Positions 48,681 to 59,169 of a stretch of DNA of 64,000 bases are shown piece after piece. Each line of letters starts with the position of its first letter. Position 1 is the first letter of the stretch. Below the pieces are notes generated by a model. That model worked only from the letters and a program-made list of their open reading frames with translations, ran no database searches and had not been told where the DNA came from. The position numbers were made by a program, and so were the translations under genes. The stretch is from Candidatus Woesearchaeota archaeon (GTDB taxonomy: Archaea > Nanobdellota > Nanobdellia > SCGC-AAA011-G17 > PNOQ01): positions 117-64,116 of the forward strand of contig JABJPM010000030.1 of NCBI GenBank assembly GCA_018663865.1, read 5' to 3'.

Positions 48681-49943
48681 ATGAACAAATATTTGAAAAT
48701 GTTAACAGTTGTAATGTTGCTTTTAGTAACAGCTTTCAATGTTTCGGCTACAGAAGATGCTGAGATATCAACTGTGACTATCGATGATATTGAATTCGAT
48801 TTTGATTCAAATGGTACTAATTACATTTATGCTCCTGTTTATTTAGGTTCTACTTTTGAAGTAGTTGTTGAATGGACTGGTCTTGATGTATTGAATGGTA
48901 CTATTCTTGAAGATGTCGAAATTGAAGTAGAATTCGATGGTGATGAGTATGAAAGTGAAGAATTTGATATTGAATCAAACCATATCGGAAGGCAAGTTTT
49001 CGAAATCGAAATAGCTGATGACGAAGATTTACTTGAGGGAACTCAATATATTACTATTACTATGACTAGTGATAATGGTACTCCTTTGGATATTGTAAGT
49101 ATTGAATTAGATATCAAAAGGGAAAGACATTCAATAGAAATCTTTGATGTTAATTTCAGAAATGGATTACAAGCAAATGCTGGTGAAATTTTCACTGCAA
49201 GTATTGGTGTGTCCAATGAAGGAAGAGAAAACGAAGAAGATGTTTATGTTGTTATGAACATTCCTGAATTAGGTTTGACTACTCGAACTGATAGATTTGA
49301 TTTATTTACAGAAGACTACAACTTTACAGATGATGATGATGAATATAAGATGTACAAGCAATTATTGGTTAATCTACCATTGACTGTGCCATCCGGTGTA
49401 TATGATGTACACTTTAAGGTATACTTTGATGATGGAGATAACTACAACGAAGAAGTTTATACTTTGGTAGTTGGTGCTGGTCAAGCTTATGAATCTCAAA
49501 TCAGTATGGATACACAAAGCCAAATTGCTGGAGCAGGCGATGCTATAGTTTACAAGGTTTTGTTTGAAAATCCAAATGTAGAGTATGATATTGAAGTTAT
49601 TGGTTTAAACTTTGGAACATATGAAGTTAGAATCGAAGAAAACATGGCTTACATTTTTGTTTCTATAAATGAAGATGTAAATCTTGGTGAATATAATTTC
49701 AATGTTGCAGTTAAAGCTGGATCAAATGTTTTAGAAGATTTTGATGTTTCAACTAGAATTACAAACAATGCCAACTCTGGTAATAGTGCGAATTTTAGTG
49801 ATGCAAAACAAGGTCTTGAAATTGGTTTCGCTGTTTTATTGGTGATCTTAGTTATTTTAGGTATCGTTTTGGTAGCTAAAAGATTAGGAAAAGGCGATGA
49901 ATTAGAAGAACCTATGCTTGATGAAGATCAAACATACTACTAA
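48681..49943 (+). CDS. Acidic secreted surface protein with signal peptide and C-terminal TM anchor
   Basis: 'LKMLTVVMLLLVTAFNVSATED' signal; 'GFAVLLVILVILGIVLVAKRLGK' anchor; strong GGAGGG SD. Confidence 0.6.
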   Translation: MNKYLKMLTVVMLLLVTAFNVSATEDAEISTVTIDDIEFDFDSNGTNYIYAPVYLGSTFEVVVEWTGLDVLNGTILEDVEIEVEFDGDEYESEEFDIESNHIGRQVFEIEIADDEDLLEGTQYITITMTSDNGTPLDIVSIELDIKRERHSIEIFDVNFRNGLQANAGEIFTASIGVSNEGRENEEDVYVVMNIPELGLTTRTDRFDLFTEDYNFTDDDDEYKMYKQLLVNLPLTVPSGVYDVHFKVYFDDGDNYNEEVYTLVVGAGQAYESQISMDTQSQIAGAGDAIVYKVLFENPNVEYDIEVIGLNFGTYEVRIEENMAYIFVSINEDVNLGEYNFNVAVKAGSNVLEDFDVSTRITNNANSGNSANFSDAKQGLEIGFAVLLVILVILGIVLVAKRLGKGDELEEPMLDEDQTYY

Positions 49944-49975
49944 AACTTTTTTTCTTTTTTTCTTTTTAAATTAAT
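49940..49975 (+). terminator. Oligo-T terminator-like element TTTTTTTCTTTTTTTCTTTTT (family recurring after surface/pilin genes)
   Basis: Same T-rich motif after genes ending at 41414, 41957, 49943, 50742, 53990. Confidence 0.4.
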
Positions 49976-50055
49976 TATGGGAACATATATATATATGTAA
50001 AATTATTATTTCTTTTATAATATTAAAGGAGAGTGATAATAAATGAAAAAAAATA

Positions 50056-50742
50056 ATGTTTGGAATTTTATTTTTGGCTGTGATTATGATTTCTAGTTGT
50101 AGTCCTGAAATGAGTCCTGAAAGTAAAAGTTTGCAATTAAATGTGCCTAGTGGCGGTGGCGCGACTCGCATATGCGAGGATAATGATGGTGGAAGAAATT
50201 ATTATCTCCAAGGAGATGTTTATTATCACTCTGCCCCTGAGAAGAGATTTACAGATACTTGTGTAAGTGATAATGGTGATGGGACCCCTGTTGAGTCTTC
50301 AAGGTTATTGAAGGAATATTATTGCGATGATTTTTCTGAAATTATGCATATTAATTATGGTTGTGTTAATGGATGTTTAGATGGAGTTTGTTTAGATGAA
50401 CCAAGTTATATGGATCCTACTCAATGTGTTTTTCAAATTGCCACGGAAGGATATGGGGATCAGGATGTTGTAGTGGGTTGTGATCAAGATCAATTTGTTG
50501 GAAAAATTACCCACATTTTATGCCCAGTTTCAGATGATAATCATTATTTGATTTCTACAGGATGGATGACTAATACATTGCCTTTTGAAATGGGCTATAC
50601 TTGTGTAGATTCAAATACTGGTGAATGGAAAAAACCTACTAGAATATCGGCATATTGTTGTAATATACTTGATTATGATTTAGCTGGAAAAGAAATTCAT
50701 AAAACTAGTATAGATAAATCGGGGAATTTAATTTCCTCTTAA
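50056..50742 (+). CDS. Cys-rich lipoprotein with conserved leader (family copy 1)
   Basis: 'MFGILFLAVIMISSCSPEMS' lipobox. 5' region is about 95% identical to 53547-53645 and 63941-64000. The upstream ATG is out of frame because of an A8 versus A7 tract. Confidence 0.6.
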   Translation: MFGILFLAVIMISSCSPEMSPESKSLQLNVPSGGGATRICEDNDGGRNYYLQGDVYYHSAPEKRFTDTCVSDNGDGTPVESSRLLKEYYCDDFSEIMHINYGCVNGCLDGVCLDEPSYMDPTQCVFQIATEGYGDQDVVVGCDQDQFVGKITHILCPVSDDNHYLISTGWMTNTLPFEMGYTCVDSNTGEWKKPTRISAYCCNILDYDLAGKEIHKTSIDKSGNLISS

Positions 50743-50878
50743 TTTTTTTCTTTTTTTCTTTTTAAATTCTTTTTAAATATTTATAAAGGATGTTTACTGC
50801 ATTATACTAATTAAAATACCACAGTGTTTTTATATAAAACTCAGACTTCTCTTAAGTAATAAAAGGGGGTTTAAACAA

Positions 50879-53497
50879 ATGAGTGATAAAAAATTAAGTT
50901 TAGTATTATTGATGTTATTTATTTTACCTATTGCATTTGCAAGTAATAGTTTTACGTTTTATTCTGGGGCGGAATTCGAAAGTGTATGTCCTAGGTCTAC
51001 TGGATTATATTCAGATGTAATTGAGAACAATGGGGATACCGTATTGGATTTTAGTGTTTCTGCTTCTGGCAGTGCATCATCTTTTTCTACTAGTGTCCCA
51101 ACAGGATTCACATTATATCCTGGAGAGATAAAAAATATTTATACATATGTTACTCCAACATCTAGTGTTGATGTTGGGAATTATGTTTTAACATTGGATG
51201 TAAATGCTAATGGAATTTCTAAAACAATTAATCATGATGTAATTGTGGGAGATTGTTATGGTTATACATTTGATGTATTAGATGAACAAAAAAACATTTG
51301 CCCATGCGGTGATGAAAAATTTGGATTTGAATTAACTAATTTTGGAGAATATTCCGAAACTTATGAATTGAGTATTGGCGGATCATATTCTAATGAAGTT
51401 GTTTTAAGTCAAAATATTGTATCCTTAATTTCTGGCGGAAGTAAAATAATTTATGCATATGTGCAATCTTCTTGCGATAGTGCCCCTGGAGATTATGAAT
51501 TTAGTATAAATGTTGATCCGGTATCTGGAACTTCTGTAAAGTCTCAAGTTGCTTTGTTGAAGATTGATGGTTGCTATGAATTTGATATTAATACTGAAAA
51601 AGATTTAATTAATATTTGTGAACATTCTGTAGAAAATATACCTATCACTGTTGAAAATACTGGTATGTCTTCGAATGTTTTCAATTTCGATTTGGATGGG
51701 CCTTTGTGGGCTAATTTAGAGAAAAATAAATTGAATATTGTTTCTGGTTCAGAGGGAATAGTAAATTTAGAATTAGTACCGGATTATGGTGTTGAAGGGA
51801 GTTTCCAAATTACATTTAGTGCAACTCCTGAAAATGGTGTTGTAAAAGCAGTTAATGTATTTGATGTTAATGTTAAGAAATGTTACGATATTTCTGTTTC
51901 ATTAGAAAAAGATGAAGACAAAATCTGTAATGCATTAGAAAATACCTACAATGTTTTGGTTAGAAATCAAGGAGAATTTGAAAAAGAATTTTTTGTTGAT
52001 ATTGATGGGCCAAACTGGGTAAGCGTAGATGAAACCTCTGTTTTATTGGGTGCTGGAGAAGAAAAGCAATTGACTTTGAGAGTTTTCCCACAGTACAATA
52101 CTCCTGCTGCAGAATACAATGTCGAAGTTAGTGTAACTGCAAAAGATAGTAATAAAATAGCAAGTAAAGATTCAATGGTTATTGAAACGGCGACTCAAAC
52201 TGAATGTTATGATGCATTATTGAGTTTGGAAGAAAAATCATTAAATATTTATTATGATGCTAGTGCAACAATTCCGATTATTGTTGAAAATAAAGGGGCA
52301 GATGTGGCTACATATAGTTTGTCTGTAAGTGGGACTGCATCAAATTTTGTGTATTTAAATCCATCCACAATTGATGTAGAACAAGGTAAATCTGAAATTG
52401 TATATCTTTATGTTGCACCTTCAAATAAGGTTTCCAATGGAGATTATGAGGCTAGCATCGCAGTGAGATTGGATGATTCTACAATTTTAGCATCTGACGA
52501 TATTAAAATAACTGTGACTGATAGTCCAGAGGATATTCCTGAATATTCTCCTGAAGATGAAAATTCAAAATCTTTCTTTGAAAAGATTATTGAACTTTTC
52601 TCCAATTTAGTCGGAGGATCTGAAGATGTTATTGATACACCATTATTGAATATTACTCCGGAAGTAATTGAAGAAGAAACTCCAGAAGTAATTGAAGAAG
52701 AAACTCCAGAAGTAGTCGGGGAATTGATGAATATTGGGGAAGAAATCGATTTTGAAGTTGGAGAAGAAGATCACGTAATGAAAATTAAAGAACGATCTGG
52801 CGAAGTATTATTGATGGAATCAAATTCAGTGTATGTTCAATTATATCCTGGAGATGTTAAGAAAGTAGATGTCAATGGTGATAGTGCAGAAGATATCGAA
52901 TTAACATTTAGCGGATTCGTTGGCGATAAAGCAGATGTAAGTTATGTTTTATTGGAACAACCAGAATTGATTGATGATTCTGGAATGGAAGATATTAGTG
53001 GAGAGGTAGTCAAAGAACCTGAAGATGATGGTAATGGTTTCTTTGGAAATTTTTTCAATAGCTTAAAATCAATTTTCGTTGGATTTGGTGGAGCAATTGT
53101 TTCATATGGATTACAAATTGGAATCTTCATTTTGCTTATTGCTGCAATTGTGGCAATGAACAAAACAAAATTTTGGGAAAAAATTGCAAAATTCTTTGAA
53201 GAAGAAGTTGAAGAAGGAGTTGTTTCAAAAAGTGAAGAAACTCCGCTTGAAGTCAAAGAGGAAAAAAAGGTTGAATCTCTTGATGCGAAAGAGGTTGATG
53301 ACCTTGTTATAGAATCTTTTGATGATGAAAAAGAAATAAAAGAATCTGAGGAAGAAACTAAAGAAGAACCTGCGAAAAAAGAAGTAAAACCTAAGATAGA
53401 AAAAAAAGCCAAAAAAGAAAAAAAACCTAAGAAAAAGAAAGAAGAGCCAAAAGAAGAAGAAGAAGATGAGTTCGTTATCGAGTTTGATGACGATTAA
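50879..53497 (+). CDS. Very large (872 aa) surface protein: signal peptide, repeated beta-rich domains, C-terminal TM helix and K/E-rich tail
   Basis: 'LVLLMLFILPIAFASNS' signal; recurring 'GDCY/KCYD/DGCYEFD' domain starts; 'TPEVIEEE' x3; TM 'GLQIGIFILLIAAIVAM'. Confidence 0.6.
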   Translation: MSDKKLSLVLLMLFILPIAFASNSFTFYSGAEFESVCPRSTGLYSDVIENNGDTVLDFSVSASGSASSFSTSVPTGFTLYPGEIKNIYTYVTPTSSVDVGNYVLTLDVNANGISKTINHDVIVGDCYGYTFDVLDEQKNICPCGDEKFGFELTNFGEYSETYELSIGGSYSNEVVLSQNIVSLISGGSKIIYAYVQSSCDSAPGDYEFSINVDPVSGTSVKSQVALLKIDGCYEFDINTEKDLINICEHSVENIPITVENTGMSSNVFNFDLDGPLWANLEKNKLNIVSGSEGIVNLELVPDYGVEGSFQITFSATPENGVVKAVNVFDVNVKKCYDISVSLEKDEDKICNALENTYNVLVRNQGEFEKEFFVDIDGPNWVSVDETSVLLGAGEEKQLTLRVFPQYNTPAAEYNVEVSVTAKDSNKIASKDSMVIETATQTECYDALLSLEEKSLNIYYDASATIPIIVENKGADVATYSLSVSGTASNFVYLNPSTIDVEQGKSEIVYLYVAPSNKVSNGDYEASIAVRLDDSTILASDDIKITVTDSPEDIPEYSPEDENSKSFFEKIIELFSNLVGGSEDVIDTPLLNITPEVIEEETPEVIEEETPEVVGELMNIGEEIDFEVGEEDHVMKIKERSGEVLLMESNSVYVQLYPGDVKKVDVNGDSAEDIELTFSGFVGDKADVSYVLLEQPELIDDSGMEDISGEVVKEPEDDGNGFFGNFFNSLKSIFVGFGGAIVSYGLQIGIFILLIAAIVAMNKTKFWEKIAKFFEEEVEEGVVSKSEETPLEVKEEKKVESLDAKEVDDLVIESFDDEKEIKESEEETKEEPAKKEVKPKIEKKAKKEKKPKKKKEEPKEEEEDEFVIEFDDD

Positions 53498-53567
53498 TCT
53501 CCTTATTTTTTTTCATTAATTTTTTAAACTTTCAATTCCGATTATTTCTCAAGGAGAGTGATAATAA

Positions 53568-53990
53568 ATGAAAAAAATAATGTTCGGAATTTCATTTTTA
53601 GTTGTGATTATGATTTCTAGTTGTAGTCCTGAAATGAGTCAAAGATATGATCTCGGAATTACGTCCAATGAATGCATTGATTTGGATGGAGATGGATTTG
53701 GAGATGAATGCCCATTGGGAATCGATTGTAATGATGAAGATGATTCTAGGTGGTTTTGGAGACCTTTCTATCTTGATGAAGATCAGGATTCTTATGGTGC
53801 TGAAGAATTAGTTACATTTGAATGTTGGGGAAATTTTGAAAATTCGCAATATCCGTTGGATGAGATGGCTTTTAATAAATTAGATTGTGAGGATTTAAAT
53901 AGGAATATTAATCCTGGTGCAAAGGAAATTTGTGGCAATGGGGTTGATGAAAATTGTGACGGATTCGACCTTAGATGTTTGAAGAAATAA
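53568..53990 (+). CDS. Cys-rich lipoprotein with conserved leader (family copy 2)
   Basis: 'MKKIMFGISFLVVIMISSCSPEMSQ'. Confidence 0.6.
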   Translation: MKKIMFGISFLVVIMISSCSPEMSQRYDLGITSNECIDLDGDGFGDECPLGIDCNDEDDSRWFWRPFYLDEDQDSYGAEELVTFECWGNFENSQYPLDEMAFNKLDCEDLNRNINPGAKEICGNGVDENCDGFDLRCLKK

Positions 53991-54004
53991 TTTTTTTCTT
54001 TTTT

Positions 54005-56839
54005 TTATAATCTCAAACTAGTTATTTTGGAAACTCCGCTTTGCATGGAAACACCATAGATTTGATTTGCCTCCGATATTATAGAATCATTATGCGAGAT
54101 TACGATATATTGTGCACTAGAGGAATATTTTGCAAATAATTTTCCTAATTTTTCTGAATTATGTTTATCCAATGCTGCATCCACTTCGTCTAAAATGTAA
54201 AATGATGCAGGGTTATATTCTTGGATTGCGAATATGAATGCAAGTGCAGCCATTGTTTTTTCTCCTCCAGATAAACTTCGTATATCTAAATATTTTCTTG
54301 ATGCGATTCGCACGGTTATGTCCAATCCTGCATCCAAGGGGGCCTCGGGATTTTCTAAAACTAATGATGCTTCCCCTTTTGTTGACAAGCTGTTAAATAT
54401 CTCTCTAAATCGATTATTTAAGTGGGTATATGTTTTCATGAATACTTTTGTTTTATCTTGCTCTATTTCAAGTATCATGCCCATAATGTCATCTTTTTCT
54501 GATCTCAAAGTGTCCGTTTTTTCTACTAGTATGGCATGTTCTTTTGCTAATTGATCATAAATTTCTAAAGCTTTCATATTTACATTGCCCAATCTTATCA
54601 TTAATACTTCAAAATCTTTTATTTCTTTTTTTAATACTTCAATGTTTAAGTTTTTCTTTATTTTTCCTTCTTTATAATCTTCTGCCTCTTTTTTCAGCCC
54701 GGCTATGGATGCAATTGCCCCTGCTTTTTCTATTGCAATTGTATTTATTTTATTTTCAATTATCCTAACTTTTTCATTTTTTTCAGAAATTCTGATGTTC
54801 TGTCTATCGATATCATCTGTCAATTTATTTCGTTTTGAAAATAATGATTTTTGTTTTGCATAAAATTCTTTCTCTTTAGTTTCACTATCTTTCAGACTTC
54901 CGGATTTGAATTTCATTAATCCTTGAATACCATCTAATTCTTGATTAAATTCTAATGTTTCTTTATCTAAATCGGCCATTATCTGATATGTTTTTTCATT
55001 TTCATTTCCTAGATATTCAATTTTGTTATCAAAATTTGATATGGCCGCTTTCAATTCAAATTCTTGAGTCATTAATTGTGTTTTTTGTTCATTGAGCATT
55101 GATGGTTTGTTTGATGATTCTAGGTCTCTTTCTAATTTCAATATTTCATCTTCCACATTATCTTGTTTGAATCCGATTCTTGTTTTTTCCCTGGATCCAC
55201 CTATCATTGCTCCACTTTTCTCTACTAAATCTCCTTCAAGTGTCACCATCCTTATTCTGCCCATTCCCACTCTTCTTGCAATTTGGATACTTTCTACAAT
55301 CAATGTATTTCCGAATATATTTTCAAATGCTGATTTATATTTAGGATTAAATTTGATTAAGTTTAATGCAACGCCATGCACCCCTTCTTTTTTTGTTAAA
55401 TCATTTAAACTTGGATGAAGCAATCTTGGTTTTATTCTATTTAATGGCAAGAATGTAGCTACCCCAGTTCTATTTTTTTTCAATGTACGTATGCATTCTT
55501 CTGCAACTGTATCGTCTGCAGTCACCACACTTTTCATTTTTCCACCTGCAGTAACTTCTAATGCTAATCCATATTTTGATGAGACTTTCCCTAATTCTGC
55601 GATTGTGCCGTGCACTCCTGGAAAATCAAGGATAGATTCTATTGCACTGTTTGATGCCCCACCAGATGATCCAAGTTTGGATTTTAATCTTGCTAATTCA
55701 TTAATTTTTACATTCATATCTATCTTTGAAGGGATTTTTTTGGATATGCTCGATTGTTGTTTTTCAATTTTTGATATTTTTGAATCTAATTTCTTTTTTT
55801 CATCAACAAAGGATTTTATTTTTTTATTATTTTCCTGAATGCTTGATTTCAATTGTGATTTTCTACCTTCTATTTTTTTAATTTCGTTTTTTATCATTTC
55901 CAATCTGGATTGAGATTTAACAACATCTGTTTTTATATCGGTAATATTTTCCCGTATATTTATTTGATCTTTCTCTCCTCGTTTTTCCAAATCTTCATTT
56001 ATTTCAGTTAATTCTGATTTTTTCTTGTTCAATTCAATTGTCAATTCATCCATCGTTTCCTTGAACTTTCGATAATTGAGTTTATGTTTTTCTATTATTT
56101 CAATGATATTATCTAATTTTTTTTCTTTTTCTTTTATTTGAATATGAATATATGTTGCTTTATTATCTTTAATTTTGTTTTTCAATTCTAAATATTTCGT
56201 CGCTTGATCTTTATCTTTCTTAAGTTCTCTAAGATTTGCATCTCGTTCTGTCAATAGGATATTTGCTTCTGTTAATTTTTCATCAACTTTTCCCAATTCC
56301 AATAATGATTTGTTTTTCTTTTCTTCGAATACAGATATTCCTGCGATTTCTTCAATCAATTGCCTTCTTTCTAATGGTTTCATTGTCATAAAATGTACAA
56401 TGTCTCCTTGAAGAATTATGTTGTGCCCATCTGGATCAATTTTTGCGATTCTTAAAATGTCCACAATTTGTTGACGGGTCATTGTTTTATTATTTAATTT
56501 GTAAACGGATTGCCCGTTTTGTTTTACAATTCTTGAGACTTTCAATTCTTTCCCTTCTACTGGGAATTCTTTTTCTGAATTATCAAAGTAAATAGAAACT
56601 TCCGCTGTCTTTGAAGGATTTTTGTTCTTTCCTCCGTTATAAATTAAGTTTGATGATTTTTCTGCCCTCATGGATTTTGCAGATGTTTTTCCTAAAACAA
56701 AACATAACGCATCCATGATGTTGGATTTTCCAGAACCATTTGGTCCAAGAACACAATTAAATTCTGTACCAAATTTTAAATCTGTTTTTTTTGCGAATGA
56801 CTTGAAGCCGGTCATACTTAGTCTTGTCACTGTAGTCAT
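54005..56839 (-). CDS. smc: SMC chromosome segregation ATPase
   Basis: Walker A 'GPNGSGKSNIMDA', hinge 'VHGTIAELG...LEVTAGG', signature 'LSGGEKTMAALAFIFAIQ', Walker B 'FYILDEVDAALD'. Confidence 0.9.
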   Translation of the reverse strand: MTTVTRLSMTGFKSFAKKTDLKFGTEFNCVLGPNGSGKSNIMDALCFVLGKTSAKSMRAEKSSNLIYNGGKNKNPSKTAEVSIYFDNSEKEFPVEGKELKVSRIVKQNGQSVYKLNNKTMTRQQIVDILRIAKIDPDGHNIILQGDIVHFMTMKPLERRQLIEEIAGISVFEEKKNKSLLELGKVDEKLTEANILLTERDANLRELKKDKDQATKYLELKNKIKDNKATYIHIQIKEKEKKLDNIIEIIEKHKLNYRKFKETMDELTIELNKKKSELTEINEDLEKRGEKDQINIRENITDIKTDVVKSQSRLEMIKNEIKKIEGRKSQLKSSIQENNKKIKSFVDEKKKLDSKISKIEKQQSSISKKIPSKIDMNVKINELARLKSKLGSSGGASNSAIESILDFPGVHGTIAELGKVSSKYGLALEVTAGGKMKSVVTADDTVAEECIRTLKKNRTGVATFLPLNRIKPRLLHPSLNDLTKKEGVHGVALNLIKFNPKYKSAFENIFGNTLIVESIQIARRVGMGRIRMVTLEGDLVEKSGAMIGGSREKTRIGFKQDNVEDEILKLERDLESSNKPSMLNEQKTQLMTQEFELKAAISNFDNKIEYLGNENEKTYQIMADLDKETLEFNQELDGIQGLMKFKSGSLKDSETKEKEFYAKQKSLFSKRNKLTDDIDRQNIRISEKNEKVRIIENKINTIAIEKAGAIASIAGLKKEAEDYKEGKIKKNLNIEVLKKEIKDFEVLMIRLGNVNMKALEIYDQLAKEHAILVEKTDTLRSEKDDIMGMILEIEQDKTKVFMKTYTHLNNRFREIFNSLSTKGEASLVLENPEAPLDAGLDITVRIASRKYLDIRSLSGGEKTMAALAFIFAIQEYNPASFYILDEVDAALDKHNSEKLGKLFAKYSSSAQYIVISHNDSIISEANQIYGVSMQSGVSKITSLRL

Positions 56840-56927
56840 ATGGTTTTTTCCTCTTTTTTATTTAAATAGTTTTTGCTAGATTTATGAAATTAGTTATGTT
56901 TATAATATCTTCTTTTCTCCCACATAT

Positions 56928-57455
56928 ATGATAAATTTAAGTGAATTGGTGAGGAAAGAGGATAAAACCAGTTTTTTTAATTCTTTAAAATTTGCTCATT
57001 CTTCTGATGTTTATCTTGCGGAAGAAATTGGGGATTTTCTAGCTAATAAGGGCAGAATTTATGTCCCCTCTTTTAAACAGTTTCCTATGCCAATCCTTGA
57101 TTCCTATTTTAGTTTTTATTATGTCAAAATGCATGATGTTTTTTTAGAATATCTTGATGAGGAATACTGGAATGTTCATGATGAAGACAATAAATTTATT
57201 GGATTGTGGCCAGAGGAAGAAAAAAGGATTATTAGGCCAAGTGAGTACACCTATGCGATGGCTAATGTTGAACAAGGATTCGAATCTGGAGACCAGGTAC
57301 ATTCTTTAACTTTCAAGTATTTTCAAAAAATACCTTTAGTGCTAATAGTTGATGTCCAAAAGAATATGAATTTTGAATATTCTGAAAATTCTGTTTTAGA
57401 CAAAATTAAGGATAAGTTTGAAGAAATTATTCTTCGTGAACCAGAGTTAAATTAG
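56928..57455 (+). CDS. Hypothetical protein (175 aa)
   Basis: ORF only. Confidence 0.35.
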   Translation: MINLSELVRKEDKTSFFNSLKFAHSSDVYLAEEIGDFLANKGRIYVPSFKQFPMPILDSYFSFYYVKMHDVFLEYLDEEYWNVHDEDNKFIGLWPEEEKRIIRPSEYTYAMANVEQGFESGDQVHSLTFKYFQKIPLVLIVDVQKNMNFEYSENSVLDKIKDKFEEIILREPELN

Positions 57456-58797
57456 AGTCTTTATTTATTATTCCTTCTGCTGCTAAAATCCCAGTTAATC
57501 CTGCCCCCACAATGCCCCTTGATTTTCCGGCCCCATCACCAACCGCATATAAATTATTCATGGATGTTTCCATTGTTTTTCCTTTTGTTTTGTAGATTGT
57601 GTCGCAAAATTTTGCTTCTGGGATGTATAACAATGTGGATGGATGTCCAAATCCAGGAATTATTTTATCTAGTTGATCTATCATTTCTGTTATGCCTGAA
57701 TAAAATCTTTCTGGGAATGCCAGAGATATGTCTCCAGGAGTATATTTATTCAGGGTTGGATTTAATCTATCAAAACCCCTCTCTTTACTAAAAAATGTTT
57801 CTTCTTTTGATCTTGATCCTCTTTTTAAATCGCCCCATCTTTGAGCTAACGGTTCACCGTCTCCCAACCGGTAGGTATTTTTTATTACTCTTTTTATGTA
57901 TTCTTTTGGATCTGTTTCAGGCTCGGTTAGTGGCAAACTTACTAATATTGCCAGGTTACTATTTTCAGTTCCATTGTCTGATTTCGAATGTCCGTTTACC
58001 AAGGAATATGAATCCCCATTTATTTTTATGCTGTCCGATTTCGATTCTAATGTAACTTGCCCACCAGGGTTTACACAAAAAGTTCTTACAGGGTCATTAT
58101 GTGACAAACTTCTAAAATAAAATTTTGCATCATAGGAAATATCGGTAATTGGATCAAGAATCCATTTTGGAACTTCGATTCGTGCACCCAATTGTATTGG
58201 CCCATGATTATATTCTATTTCTAATTTATCTGCCTGATTCCTCCACCATTCTGAATTTCCCCTTCCAGGGCCAACTATGAGATTTTTTGTTATTAATTTT
58301 TCCCCATCATCTAATGTTAATTCGTATTCATTATTTTCTTTTTTTATTTCTTGAACTCCCGTTTTCATTCGAAATTCAATATTATTATCTTCTAATCTAG
58401 ATTTAAATTTCTTCATTATTGATGGCGCAATATCTGTCCCCATGTGCCTAGTTTTATGAAGTAAAAATTCTAAGTTATGCTTGGCAGCGTCTTCTTTTAA
58501 TGCTCTGCCTTCATCAGTATTTGCATTAGAAATTTTATCTGGATTTATTCCTAATGATAAAAAGTAATTTTCAATGTGGTCCGCATAACCTTTTGATTCT
58601 TGTTCAGAAATTCTTAATTCTTCCAAATCCATTCCAACTCTTGGGTGAAATACAAGTTTTCCATCTGTTAATGCTCCTGCACCCCCTGGAATGCGTTTTT
58701 TATCAATTATTAATGTTTTATAGGATTCATGGGAAAGCCTTTCTGCTGCAAATAATCCTGAAGGTCCAGCCCCAATAATGATTACGTCATAATTCAT
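57427..58797 (-). CDS. FAD-dependent oxidoreductase (uncharacterised COG2509-like family)
   Basis: 'YDVIIIGAGPSGLFAA' Rossmann FAD motif; 'NLYAVGDGAG' C-terminal motif. Confidence 0.7.
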   Translation of the reverse strand: MNYDVIIIGAGPSGLFAAERLSHESYKTLIIDKKRIPGGAGALTDGKLVFHPRVGMDLEELRISEQESKGYADHIENYFLSLGINPDKISNANTDEGRALKEDAAKHNLEFLLHKTRHMGTDIAPSIMKKFKSRLEDNNIEFRMKTGVQEIKKENNEYELTLDDGEKLITKNLIVGPGRGNSEWWRNQADKLEIEYNHGPIQLGARIEVPKWILDPITDISYDAKFYFRSLSHNDPVRTFCVNPGGQVTLESKSDSIKINGDSYSLVNGHSKSDNGTENSNLAILVSLPLTEPETDPKEYIKRVIKNTYRLGDGEPLAQRWGDLKRGSRSKEETFFSKERGFDRLNPTLNKYTPGDISLAFPERFYSGITEMIDQLDKIIPGFGHPSTLLYIPEAKFCDTIYKTKGKTMETSMNNLYAVGDGAGKSRGIVGAGLTGILAAEGIINKDSNLTLVHEE

Positions 58798-58890
58798 GCA
58801 TGGTTTGAAGAGAAATTTATTTAATAAGGATTGTTATAATGGTGCATATAAGTATTTTTAAAGTAAGTTTTCCTTTTTTATTTTTTAGAG

Positions 58891-59169
58891 ATGGTTTATT
58901 TATTAGATGAAAAATTAGTTCTGGATAGCTTTGAACGTGGAGATCGATATTCTAATTTTGAAGTCCGTGGCGAAATTAAAGAAGTTAATGAAATTTTGGG
59001 TAAAATATATGGCGGGAATAAGATAGTTGATTTATGTATTAATTTTCAGGCTTATGAATTTGAGAATGTAAGGGTCCAATATATAAAAAATTGGAGTTTA
59101 AATGTTAGGGTTTTCACCCCAGATAATAAAAAAATAGATTGTTTGGAAAATTTAATTAGGGAAATTTGA
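58891..59169 (+). CDS. Hypothetical protein (92 aa)
   Basis: ORF only. Confidence 0.3.
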   Translation: MVYLLDEKLVLDSFERGDRYSNFEVRGEIKEVNEILGKIYGGNKIVDLCINFQAYEFENVRVQYIKNWSLNVRVFTPDNKKIDCLENLIREI

